Source of the DNA: Peptococcaceae bacterium UBA6096
Lineage (GTDB): Bacteria > Bacillota > Peptococcia > DRI-13 > UBA5745
Length of the DNA stretch: 64,000 nt
Direction of reading: 5' to 3'
NCBI GenBank assembly: GCA_002435905.1
Contig: DIWW01000024.1
Coordinates: 293-64,292 of the forward strand
Of the stretch, positions 18,219 to 27,267 are shown in pieces (position 1 is the stretch's first letter; every line of letters starts with the position of its first letter). Below the pieces are notes generated by a model, which was given only the letters and a program-made list of their open reading frames with translations, was not told the origin of the DNA and made no database searches. The position numbers and the translations under genes were made by a program.

Positions 18219-18464
18219 AAATAGCATCGGTCGTATAAAGCGCCTCGCAAGGAACTGGTTTGCGATCTCCACATCCCCATGGATATCGCTCCTTCGTATT
18301 GTTCTATGACGATCATAATATCAAAAAATGAGAAGTTGTACTTTTCAATAAGGTAGCATTGTCTAAAAATCCCAAAAACCTCTGCGGGTGTGGTACAATA
18401 CCTAAGTGTCCGTCACGGCTTGCTGAGATAGGCACTTCGAATCAACAATCAAAGGGTGTTGCAC

Positions 18465-19328
18465 ATGCAAATCAAAAATCCCCGGAATCAAGGCATCCTG
18501 TTCATGGCCATTTGTGCGGTCCTTTGGAGCACGGGGGGCATCTTCATTAAAATAGTTCCCTGGAATCCGATGTTTATTGCCGGTTTCCGCAGCCTGATCG
18601 CGGCAGGGCTCTATTTCCTCTATATGCGCCATCAGCGGATCCAATGGGTCGTCAATGGGGATTCGGTTCTGGCCGGTATCTGTATGTCCGGCAATTTCAT
18701 CTTATATATCTCGGCGAACAAATTGACCACAGCGGCCAATGCGATCGTGCTCCAGTACTCGGCGCCGATTTCCATCTTGATTCTGTCCGCACTTTTTTTC
18801 CGGCAAAGGTTCCGTCGTGGCGATATTTTGGCAGTTGTGATGACTACCCTGGGCATCTCTTTGTTTTTCTTTGATAAGCTTTCAAACAAGTCGATGCTGG
18901 GCAATGTGTTGGCGCTGCTGGCCGGCGTGTTTTTTGCCGGCATGTTTGTCGTCACAGGCCATACCAATGAAGATTCCCGCTCCAGCGGGATCCTGCTTGC
19001 CCATCTCATGACCGCGGTGGTCGGGCTGCCCTTTTTCTTTTTCTCACACAACCCGATCAGCATGCCGGCCCTTGCCGCGATTTTTGCACTTGGCATTTTT
19101 CAGTTGGGGATCCCTTATTTGCTCTATGGCATCGCGGCACGGAATTGCTCTCCTTTGTCCTGCTCGCTGATCAGTTTCATCGAACCCTTGCTCAATCCGG
19201 TTTGGGTTTTTCTTTTCAATGGCGAAGCGCCGGGATTCTATGCGCTGCTGGGCGGCGCAGTCGTGCTTGCCACGGTGGTGGCCTACACGATCTGGAATAG
19301 TAAAACCCCGGCTGCTGCAGTGCGTTAA
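18465..19328 (+). CDS. EamA/DMT-family transporter
   Basis: 10 hydrophobic helices in two EamA-like halves (LWSTGGIFIK...; ..LLYGIAARNCSP). ATG 18465 preferred over GTG 18456. Confidence 0.85.
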   Translation: MQIKNPRNQGILFMAICAVLWSTGGIFIKIVPWNPMFIAGFRSLIAAGLYFLYMRHQRIQWVVNGDSVLAGICMSGNFILYISANKLTTAANAIVLQYSAPISILILSALFFRQRFRRGDILAVVMTTLGISLFFFDKLSNKSMLGNVLALLAGVFFAGMFVVTGHTNEDSRSSGILLAHLMTAVVGLPFFFFSHNPISMPALAAIFALGIFQLGIPYLLYGIAARNCSPLSCSLISFIEPLLNPVWVFLFNGEAPGFYALLGGAVVLATVVAYTIWNSKTPAAAVR

Positions 19329-19332
19329 AGCG

Positions 19333-19407
19333 ACCCAAATGCTCCGCCAGCTTTCCAAGCTGTATGACGTCCTTGAAGTCACGTTGCTGGCGGCGGTCCA
19401 TCCATGA
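19333..19407 (+). pseudogene. Relic 3' end of an acetolactate synthase small-subunit paralog
   Basis: TQMLRQLSKLYDVLEVTLLAAVHP* compared with intact ilv[22 protein letters not shown].. (14548-14808). No upstream remainder. Confidence 0.55.
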
Positions 19408-19463
19408 GGCATGGTTCCATTCCGAATAAAAAGGTTTCCCTTAGAAGTTCATATTTTAACGAT

Positions 19464-19503
19464 AAGCGGCAGCATTTTTCAAGAAGATGCAGCCGCTTTT
19501 CTT
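19464..19503 (+). terminator. Rho-independent terminator
   Basis: GCGGCAGCAT...ATGCAGCCGC (one mismatch) followed by TTTTCTT. Confidence 0.6.
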
Positions 19504-19829
19504 ATATATTTATATGCATTAAACATGATAGGCCTCTTCAGCCATATTTCTTTCAATATTTTCCTTAAATGTAACTTAAATGAAACCTTCCTGATGGTAT
19601 ACTGAACATGCTGAAAATTATGAAGATTCTGATATAGCAACTGAGAAATGAAGACTCATATTCAGTTATAAAGACTTATCTTCTTTACCAATGTCTGGCG
19701 ATATCCCCAAAAGGTAAAGATTTAAGATTTAAACGTAAGGGAGGGTTATGATATGTGATGCGTTTATCACAGTTGTTTTCATGGAGTTCTTCCTGTTGCA
19801 ATTCGTTCAATAAGAAAGAGGTGTTTCGT

Positions 19830-20609
19830 TTGAAGAAAATTATTGCGATTCTTCTTTGTGTAAGCCTGGTTATGCTGTTTGTCGCCCCCGTGTCGGCAGC
19901 GCCAAGCGGTGCCCCGGACGCCCAGAAACTCTATCAATTGAATATCATCGGCGTGCAAAATCCAAAGACGGCACTCATGGACGATTCAAGCGGCCGAGTC
20001 ATATTTGTTCCGCTGTCAGGTCCTGCGAAAATCGAATTGCAGGAAGGGGATTTTGCGGTTCTGGATGCCAATGCCACCGATGGTGCGGCAGTATTCCAGC
20101 TTCCGGCCCCTGGTCTTGATCCCTATGTCGTAGGCCAAGACATGACCGATGTGGATACTCTGTCCGACTATTCTGTGTACGTCAGGTCCCTCGGAAAACC
20201 AGGCGGCTGGACAACGATCACCACCTGCGCTGAGCTTGTTGACAGCACCTTTGCAGGGCTCCTCTCCGGGACCTTTGTAAAAACTTTAAACAGGGCAGGC
20301 CTTTCTGGTGGTCTTGCTTCCATTGAACAGGTCAGTCAGGATATCACCATGAGAACCAAAGGCAAAACCTCCTTCACCAACGTGACTGCCGAACTGACGA
20401 CCATCGTTTTCAAGGTTGAAGTCGATACGACCGGTGATGGCCTTGCCGATATTATCCAATATGTCCGTGTGCCGATTTTTGATGATATAATTCAAGGGGA
20501 ATATTGGGAATATGACAATCATGGATTGAAGCTGCTTCAAGTGCGCTTCTATGATTGCCAAACCGACGTTTCACTGAGTGATGATCCTTCATGGTTCCCC
20601 GCAATCTGA
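19830..20609 (+). CDS. Secreted hypothetical protein
   Basis: TTG start 6 nt after AAGAGGTG. Signal peptide LKKIIAILLCVSLVMLFVAPVSA/AP. No domain recognised. Confidence 0.55.
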   Translation: MKKIIAILLCVSLVMLFVAPVSAAPSGAPDAQKLYQLNIIGVQNPKTALMDDSSGRVIFVPLSGPAKIELQEGDFAVLDANATDGAAVFQLPAPGLDPYVVGQDMTDVDTLSDYSVYVRSLGKPGGWTTITTCAELVDSTFAGLLSGTFVKTLNRAGLSGGLASIEQVSQDITMRTKGKTSFTNVTAELTTIVFKVEVDTTGDGLADIIQYVRVPIFDDIIQGEYWEYDNHGLKLLQVRFYDCQTDVSLSDDPSWFPAI

Positions 20610-20652
20610 CGTATCAGTCGAGAGACTGCAAGGCATATCTTTTATAATGTAT

Positions 20653-20696
20653 AAAAAAAGGATTTCAGAAAGCCTATCTTTCTGAAATCCTTTTTT
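20653..20696. terminator. Bidirectional rho-independent terminator between convergent genes
   Basis: A-run, GGATTTCAGAAAG-cctat-CTTTCTGAAATCC, T-run. Confidence 0.75.
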
Positions 20697-20704
20697 GGTA
20701 TGCT

Positions 20705-21664
20705 CTATGGATAGATCCGGTTCAGCAGCATTACCATCAGGGGGATTGACAAAATGGAAAGCACAAAGCTCCCCACAAGAAACTGGTTGGCAATCTCCAC
20801 ATCCCCATGGAATCGCTCCACAAAGATCGGCACCGTGCTCAGCATGGGTGCGGCGGCGGACAATAGCAGGAGCAAGGCCACATTATAATTGGGATGGGCA
20901 AGATACAGCAGGCCCAGGGTGGCCAGGGGCAGCAGGACGTTCTTGATGGCCACATACTTGAAAACGTCCAGGTAGTGGATTTTTCCGGCGTGCTGCATAT
21001 CCAGATAAACGTATCCGCCGAAGATCAGCATGATCAGGGGCGAGGCCATGCTGCCCACCTGCTTGGCGATGGTGAACACAACTTTGGGGAGGTAGGCATC
21101 TGCGCCGGACAGCCGGAACAGCAAGGCTACAAAGGTTGCTTTGATCAGCGGATTGAAGATTTTCTTCCAATCGAACGTACGGATGTTGGGCAGCGTCCCG
21201 GCGCCCTTTTCCTGAAAAAAAACGGGATAAATGTTGAATTGAAACATGATGGTGAACATGGTGAACAGGAACAGATCTGCAATGTAGGGCGAATCGCCTC
21301 CGAAGATGCCGGAGATCACGGCCATGGCCACGAAGGTTGGATTGTAAAGGTAGACGGATAGAGAAGCTTCTCTCCGGATGTCTTTTGAGAACAGCCGGCC
21401 GGCGGCCAGGGACAAGGGAAAGGTCAAGGCGGCGAAAAGCATCCACCACAGCGGCAGGCGCCACCAACCGGGTGAGCTTTCCGGACGGAAGTTCAGGGTC
21501 AGGTTGGCGAAAACATAAAAGGGCAGCGAAAGTTCGATGGCCACGGTGGATAGGGTCTTCAGCATATCTTGGGAAATAATTTTCCGGTGCAGGGCAAAAA
21601 AGCCGATGGCTGCGATCCCGACCAAAGAGAATATGGCTTCTGCGGAGGCCAGCAAGGGTTCCAT
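20705..21664 (-). CDS. AEC (auxin efflux carrier) family membrane transporter
   Basis: 319 aa with about 10 TM helices; MEPLLASAEAIFSLVGIAAIGFF... is typical of the family. AAAGGAG RBS. Confidence 0.85.
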   Translation of the reverse strand: MEPLLASAEAIFSLVGIAAIGFFALHRKIISQDMLKTLSTVAIELSLPFYVFANLTLNFRPESSPGWWRLPLWWMLFAALTFPLSLAAGRLFSKDIRREASLSVYLYNPTFVAMAVISGIFGGDSPYIADLFLFTMFTIMFQFNIYPVFFQEKGAGTLPNIRTFDWKKIFNPLIKATFVALLFRLSGADAYLPKVVFTIAKQVGSMASPLIMLIFGGYVYLDMQHAGKIHYLDVFKYVAIKNVLLPLATLGLLYLAHPNYNVALLLLLSAAAPMLSTVPIFVERFHGDVEIANQFLVGSFVLSILSIPLMVMLLNRIYP

Positions 21665-21698
21665 GATACCACTCCTTTGTATGATGATTAATGATCGA

Positions 21699-23225
21699 TC
21701 ACTGCTTGATTTTCTGGATGTATTTGAGCAGCTTCTTGGTTTCCTCTTGCTGGTTTGGATTTTGATAGTCCTTTTCGCCGATCAAATCTCTTAAAAAATC
21801 CCAAAAAGCGGCGGCCATATTGGTTTCGTCAACTGAAAGGACCACCGGAGGCGCCGAGGTTTTGGCAATGATTGCCCCAAGATCCTCCTTGGCGTAAACC
21901 GTGTAATTGCTTTCGGGCAGGTCTTCGACCAAATAAACATGGAACCGGTCAAAGGTCTGCTTCAAATAAACCAGATGCTCCAGATGCTCCAGGTATTCCT
22001 CCCTTGTATAGTATTGGGAGCCGCCGTTCATGATGTCAGACAAGGACACTTTGACCCCATGGTTTTTGATCCTTTCCAAAGGGTAGAGGGGAACGATTTC
22101 TGTAAAGCGATGGGTTTGCAGATGGTTTTCGAGGATTTTGATCCGTTGCCGATGGTAATCGATCAAAGGGCGCTCCGCCCTGCCCATTCGGGCCATGGTT
22201 TTGGAGGATAGGGACTCCGGCATGGTCAGCAAGGACAGGGATTCCGTTTTGATGATGGCATCGCAGGCTTTTTTTTCGAAGTCCCGCAGAGCATCGAAAT
22301 ACCGCGCGTCGTCCTCGGACGTGAAAACCTTCATGAGCGGCTTGCATTGCTGCAGGTACTGATTAAATTCCTCCGCAAAGGCGTCGGCGGCATCCTGATT
22401 TCTGAACAGCAAATTGGCCGCTTGCCCAGCCATTTGGCCCACCGAGCTGGAAACCACGGCCGATAGCCCCGGCGCCACAAAAAGAGTTCGTTTATGCACA
22501 CCGTCACGTTTCTTAGGATAATAATAGGGCTCAATGGCGCCGGTCATGTACAGCGGCATCCACTGCCCGATGGCGTTCAGCATTTCATCCAGATCCCGGC
22601 TGACGGTATGGATGATTTTGATCCGATTCCCTTTTGCCAGCACACCTTTCATCAACTGAGCCCATTGGGCGGCGAATTCCCGGTCGGCGGTCATCCAATC
22701 GGTGGTTTCGTCACTGTACAGGAGCAGGGTCCGTGGCCGGCTTTGGGCCATCACCTCGGATAAGAAGAACCGGGCAGCCTGCCGTTTGCCGTCCATGCCA
22801 TAATAGACCGAAAGCGCTTCCTGTGGAAGGGATAGCGGTGGCGCTTTGGGCTTCGGAGCAGCCTGCCTCTCTTTTGGATGATTCATCTTCATGAAGCTGT
22901 CCAAAAAAACACCGACGGCATCCGAATCCTCCTTTGTTTCGTGGATAAGCCATTTAGAGATCGATCGGGCAAGCTGATCGCCCTCAAGGTCAGGCTGGCT
23001 GAGGTTGAGCATGTCCGTCAAAGCCTTGCGCTGGTATTCGGAGGTACAGCTCCGGGCGAAATAATCCGCCATGGCGGCGAGGGTGGCTTTGTCTTTGATG
23101 GCGTTCCGCTGCCCCCTGCGGAGCCGGCTGATATGGGAAGCATCCAGCTTGACCTTCTGTCCCAGGGCGCTGTTGCTTGTTTTGGTTATATTCATGAGAA
23201 AATCCAGCTTTTCATAGAACTGCAT
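21699..23225 (-). CDS. HTH (XRE-like) transcriptional regulator with large uncharacterised C-terminal domain
   Basis: N-terminal LGQKVKLDASHISRLRRGQR HTH, followed by about 430 aa without a recognisable domain. ATG at 23225 lies 5 nt after GAGGTGA. Confidence 0.6.
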   Translation of the reverse strand: MQFYEKLDFLMNITKTSNSALGQKVKLDASHISRLRRGQRNAIKDKATLAAMADYFARSCTSEYQRKALTDMLNLSQPDLEGDQLARSISKWLIHETKEDSDAVGVFLDSFMKMNHPKERQAAPKPKAPPLSLPQEALSVYYGMDGKRQAARFFLSEVMAQSRPRTLLLYSDETTDWMTADREFAAQWAQLMKGVLAKGNRIKIIHTVSRDLDEMLNAIGQWMPLYMTGAIEPYYYPKKRDGVHKRTLFVAPGLSAVVSSSVGQMAGQAANLLFRNQDAADAFAEEFNQYLQQCKPLMKVFTSEDDARYFDALRDFEKKACDAIIKTESLSLLTMPESLSSKTMARMGRAERPLIDYHRQRIKILENHLQTHRFTEIVPLYPLERIKNHGVKVSLSDIMNGGSQYYTREEYLEHLEHLVYLKQTFDRFHVYLVEDLPESNYTVYAKEDLGAIIAKTSAPPVVLSVDETNMAAAFWDFLRDLIGEKDYQNPNQQEETKKLLKYIQKIKQ

Positions 23226-23405
23226 CACGATCACCTCGGTATTAGATTATCAAATGCGTTGGGCGAAAGCAATGCCTGATGACACAAATCGTGTCAAATA
23301 AATTGTCATTGTCAAAAGCGAGGGAATGCTTTAGGCCGGTACCAAAATAAAGTATAATCTATTCTATGGGTCATGATATATCGACAATGCAGGAGGAGGA
23401 TTTGA

Positions 23406-26400
23406 ATGGGGAAAAAACTACTTTCGATGCTGTTATCGGTGGCTATGGTGCTGTCGATTATAACCAGCATACCGATGGCTGCCTTCGCAGCACCGGTTTT
23501 CTTCGATGACTTTGAGTCCTATGATGAAAATACGTATCCTTCTTCGTTTGCGATTCAGTATAACGGCACCGGAGATGCCAATCAAAAGGTGATGACCACC
23601 TCCGGTTATCAGGGGGTGGACAGCAAGGTCTTCCGGCTGGAGGGCGCCCACTACTGGTCCTCCGAGCAGTATGTGAGCTTGCCGTCTGAGCTGCCGGACA
23701 TCTTGATTGCGGATGCCTGGATCAAACCGGTCAGCGGCGTTTGGCCTGGAGAGATCGCCTTCCGCAACCTGGGCGTGGGTCCCTGGGGAACCCGCTACGC
23801 CGCCGTGTGGTTTAGTGATAACGGAAATATCCTTGCGGTGCGCAACGGTAATGACGGAGACACGCTGGATATCGGTGACTATACCCTGGGGCAATGGTGC
23901 CAAATCACCCTGAAGGCGGATTTGCTTCTCAAAACCTTTGATGTGTATATCAACGGCATCAAGGCTGCCGAGGATCTTCCGACCCATCCGTCCCTGACCC
24001 CCACAACCTTGAGCCTTATTGCTGGCAACCTGGGAACCAATGAGATTTATTTTGACGAGGTCGGCCTGTATTCCGACATGAGCGAAGTAATCCCTCCGGA
24101 GGCTCCGCTGCTTCAGAGCGCCGGGACAACGGAGGACGGAGAGTTAATCCTCCTGGCCTTTGACAAGGCCATGGCGGATCCTTCCGGCAAGCACAGCCAA
24201 TTCACCGTGATGGCCGATGAGAACAGCATCCCGGTGGAGGCCGCTGCGCTGGATGGTCTGGATGACACAACGATCCAACTGACTTTGGGGGAGACCCTTT
24301 ATGACGGGCAGACTGTGGAAGTGAGCTACACCGCCGGAGATATCCAGGCGGCAGACGAAGGGCTGCTGGCTTCCTTTGAGGATATTGCCGTAGAGAACGA
24401 CTCCACCGTGCAGGCAACCACCCTGGAGGGTAGCGGAACCTTAGCAGATCCCTACAAAATTAATGATCTTGATGAATTAAGCTATGTTGCGGAGCAAGTA
24501 AACCTTGGCACGAATTATGGAGAAGCTTACTATATCATGATGGCGGATATCGACGCCGGAGAGACAGGTTGGATCCCGATCGGCAATGATGCCAATCCCT
24601 TCAAGGGGCATTTCGATGGCAATGGATATAAGGTCACCAACCTATCGATTGGTACACCATCTGCTTACAATAACACGTTTGCGAACCTTGGATTATTCGG
24701 GATCGTCGCCGCGAACGCCAGTGTCAAGAATGTCGGCGTAGAGGGCTTGTCCATCTACTCCAATGCCTCAGCCAATACTGGCGGCGTGGCCGGATACAAC
24801 CAGGGAACCATCGATCACTGTTATGCTACCGGCCAAATTTTTGCCTATTCACAGCTGGGAGGATTGATTGGCTGGAACAAGGGAAATGTCCTGAATAGTT
24901 ATGCAGCGGTTGATCTTACTGCCAGCGGAAGCAGTGCAGGCGGGTTGATCGGTTCGAATGAGGCTGGCAATATCACCAATTGCTTTGCTACAGGCAACGT
25001 ATCAGCCGGAGCGTATCCTCATGCCGGCGGCCTGGTTGGCTATACCGTCAACTTTGCAGGGACCAGTTATATCCAGAACTGCTACGCGACGGGAGATGTT
25101 TCCGGAAGCGCCTGGGGATATCTGGGGGGGCTTTATGGCCGTAACTATCAGGGAATGGTGTTGATCAATAATTTCTGGAATCAGGATGCGCAGATCATCG
25201 CCACAGAGCTCCACGGCTACACGCCTCAGGTTCACGGCAGCGGGGAAGGCTGTCTGGCAAAAGCTTCTGCTGAAATGAAAACCATGGAATTTGCGGGGCT
25301 ATTGAATACCTGGATCGGGGATGCAGAAATTTACTATGGCTGGGAACTGATTCCAGGCACGAACGACAGCTACCCGGTCCTAAAACAGGCGCTTGGCGAT
25401 AGCGCAGCGCCTGAGGTGGAGGACGGAACCATCCGAACGTCCGGCATAACCCGCAACGCCGTGACCTTGACTTGGAACAAAGCGAACGATAACACCACGC
25501 CTGCAACAGAGCTTCAGTATGGCGTGTATCGTTCCATGACAGACAATATCGCGGATGTAGCCGGGATGGAAGCCAATGGCACCCTCGTCGGCGGATTTGC
25601 GGCAGACATGGACAGCAAACAGATCACCGCTTTGGTCAGCGATACAGGATATTATTTCAATATCCTGGTAAAAGATGCAGCCGGAAACAAAACAGCCTAT
25701 GACATGGTCATGGTGAAAACTGCCAAAGCAGCGTCCCAGGGCAGCAGCAGCTTTGAGCCTGAAATCGAGGTCACAACCAATGTCTCCGGGCCGACAACGA
25801 CCAATAGCACAAAGATTTCCTCTAATACATCCTTAGGCAGTGCCCATGGGGCGATCACAAGCGCAATCATGGATGCGCTGCTTGAAAAAGCAGATGCAAC
25901 CGAAGGGACATCGAAAGAGGATGGCATCAAGGTGGTGGTTGATGCGGAACTGCCCATCCATAAGCTTCAGATAAGTGTGCCTCAGGCTGAATTTGGCAAG
26001 CTTGCCTCAGAGACGAATGCTGATTTCGGGATGGAGTCCCCCTTCGTTTCCATCACCTTCGACGGCAAAGCAGTCGATACGATTTCCGGCGCGGCCAGCG
26101 GCGGCGAGGTGGTGATCACTGCGGAGCGCCTGGCGGATGTGAACGGCCGGCCGGTCTATGATCTGACCGTGACGAACAGCGGCAAAACCGTATCGGACTT
26201 CCAGGGCGGCCATGCCACCGTTTCGATCCCCTATACCTTGAAACCCGGCGAGAATCCCAATGCGGTGGTGATATATTATCTGGCCGGGGATGGCACCTTG
26301 AAGCCGGTCCGCGGACACTATGATGCGGCGCTGAAGGCTGTCGTCTTCAAGACGCCCCATTTCTCCAGATTCTCCATTGGTTATCACCCGGTCTCCTTTA

Positions 26401-26936
26401 CGGATGTGAGCGCCCAAGCCTGGTACAAAAGTGCAGTGGACTTCATTGCCGCCCGCGGGATCACCTCCGGCACCGGCGACGGACGCTTCAGCCCGGAGGC
26501 AAAACTGACCCGGGCCCAATTTGTGGTCCTGCTCATGAACGCCTATCAAATCGGCGTCCAGACCCAGGCCGGAGCCAACTTTGCCGACGCGGGCAGCACC
26601 GATTACACCGGCTATTTGTGGACGGCGAAAGGACTGGGCATCGTCAACGGCATTGGAAACAACCTTTTTGCGCCGGAGAAAGCCATCACCCGGCAGGAAA
26701 TGTTCGCCATGCTCTATAATGCGTTGAAGGTATTGGATGAAGTCCCGGCAGCCGTCAACACCACCGAGCTTTCCAGCTTCACCGATGCGGCCCATACCGC
26801 CGATTGGGCGAAGGAAGCCATGTCTGCCTTGGTCAAGGCGGGTATTGTGGGAGGATATAACAACAGCCTCCACCCCACCGCCGCCACGACCCGCGGTGAA
26901 ATCGCGCAAGTGCTTTATAACCTGATGACAAAATAA
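23406..26936 (+). CDS. Large cell-surface protein: signal peptide, LamG/lectin-like N-domain, Ig-like domain, GLUG-motif repeats, FN3-like domain, three C-terminal SLH domains
   Basis: Signal peptide ..PMAAFA/AP. GLUG repeats (GGVAGYNQG, GGLIGWNKG, GGLIGSNEAG, GGLVGYT, GGLYGRN). Three SLH repeats (FTDVSAQAWYKSAVDFIAARGITSG..; FADAGSTDYTGYLWTAKGLGIVNG..; FTDAAHTADWAKEAMSALVKAGIVGG..). Confidence 0.9.
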   Translation: MGKKLLSMLLSVAMVLSIITSIPMAAFAAPVFFDDFESYDENTYPSSFAIQYNGTGDANQKVMTTSGYQGVDSKVFRLEGAHYWSSEQYVSLPSELPDILIADAWIKPVSGVWPGEIAFRNLGVGPWGTRYAAVWFSDNGNILAVRNGNDGDTLDIGDYTLGQWCQITLKADLLLKTFDVYINGIKAAEDLPTHPSLTPTTLSLIAGNLGTNEIYFDEVGLYSDMSEVIPPEAPLLQSAGTTEDGELILLAFDKAMADPSGKHSQFTVMADENSIPVEAAALDGLDDTTIQLTLGETLYDGQTVEVSYTAGDIQAADEGLLASFEDIAVENDSTVQATTLEGSGTLADPYKINDLDELSYVAEQVNLGTNYGEAYYIMMADIDAGETGWIPIGNDANPFKGHFDGNGYKVTNLSIGTPSAYNNTFANLGLFGIVAANASVKNVGVEGLSIYSNASANTGGVAGYNQGTIDHCYATGQIFAYSQLGGLIGWNKGNVLNSYAAVDLTASGSSAGGLIGSNEAGNITNCFATGNVSAGAYPHAGGLVGYTVNFAGTSYIQNCYATGDVSGSAWGYLGGLYGRNYQGMVLINNFWNQDAQIIATELHGYTPQVHGSGEGCLAKASAEMKTMEFAGLLNTWIGDAEIYYGWELIPGTNDSYPVLKQALGDSAAPEVEDGTIRTSGITRNAVTLTWNKANDNTTPATELQYGVYRSMTDNIADVAGMEANGTLVGGFAADMDSKQITALVSDTGYYFNILVKDAAGNKTAYDMVMVKTAKAASQGSSSFEPEIEVTTNVSGPTTTNSTKISSNTSLGSAHGAITSAIMDALLEKADATEGTSKEDGIKVVVDAELPIHKLQISVPQAEFGKLASETNADFGMESPFVSITFDGKAVDTISGAASGGEVVITAERLADVNGRPVYDLTVTNSGKTVSDFQGGHATVSIPYTLKPGENPNAVVIYYLAGDGTLKPVRGHYDAALKAVVFKTPHFSRFSIGYHPVSFTDVSAQAWYKSAVDFIAARGITSGTGDGRFSPEAKLTRAQFVVLLMNAYQIGVQTQAGANFADAGSTDYTGYLWTAKGLGIVNGIGNNLFAPEKAITRQEMFAMLYNALKVLDEVPAAVNTTELSSFTDAAHTADWAKEAMSALVKAGIVGGYNNSLHPTAATTRGEIAQVLYNLMTK

Positions 26937-26952
26937 ATATAGACAGACGGAA

Positions 26953-26997
26953 GGGGCCATGCTGAAACATGTTGAGTTTCAGCATGGCCCCCTTTTT
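26953..26997 (+). terminator. Rho-independent terminator (16-bp perfect stem)
   Basis: GGGGCCATGCTGAAAC-atgttga-GTTTCAGCATGGCCCC followed by CTTTTT. Confidence 0.85.
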
Positions 26998-27000
26998 GAT

Positions 27001-27066
27001 TGCCGATGGCTGCGATCCCGATCAGTGAAAAGATAGCCTCTGCCGAGGCCAGCAAGGGTTCCATAG
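27001..27066 (-). pseudogene. Relic first ~22 codons of a paralogous AEC transporter gene
   Basis: MEPLLASAEAIFSLIGIAAIG.. About 86% nt identity (hand alignment, about 9 mismatches in 66) to 21599-21664, the start of the intact AEC gene. The body is absent. Confidence 0.6.
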
Positions 27067-27267
27067 ATACCGCTGCTCGTATAAAAATATCTTGCAGCAG
27101 CCCTATAAATCAAGGCGCTGCTATAAAAACAATCGATCCATGTTTTCTGTTCCTTCCTTTTAGTGTGGCGATCAAATCAACATGCTCCATGGTATGCCTC
27201 ATCCTTTGAAAAGGCAAGGCGGCCCTCGTGGCGTAACCGAGGGCTTTTACGGCTTGCTTGTGCGAAA

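Noticed and set aside
26007-26960. 317-aa minus-strand ORF at the 3' end of the SLH protein gene
   Set aside because: It is antisense to three clear SLH repeats and its low-complexity G/R/A-rich product spans the terminator. Not credible as a gene.
21597-27072. The 66-70-nt repeats as a transposition target-site duplication
   Set aside because: The copies are only about 86% identical and correspond to the coding start of an AEC gene. No transposase, integrase or terminal inverted repeats are present. A paralog relic is the simpler reading.
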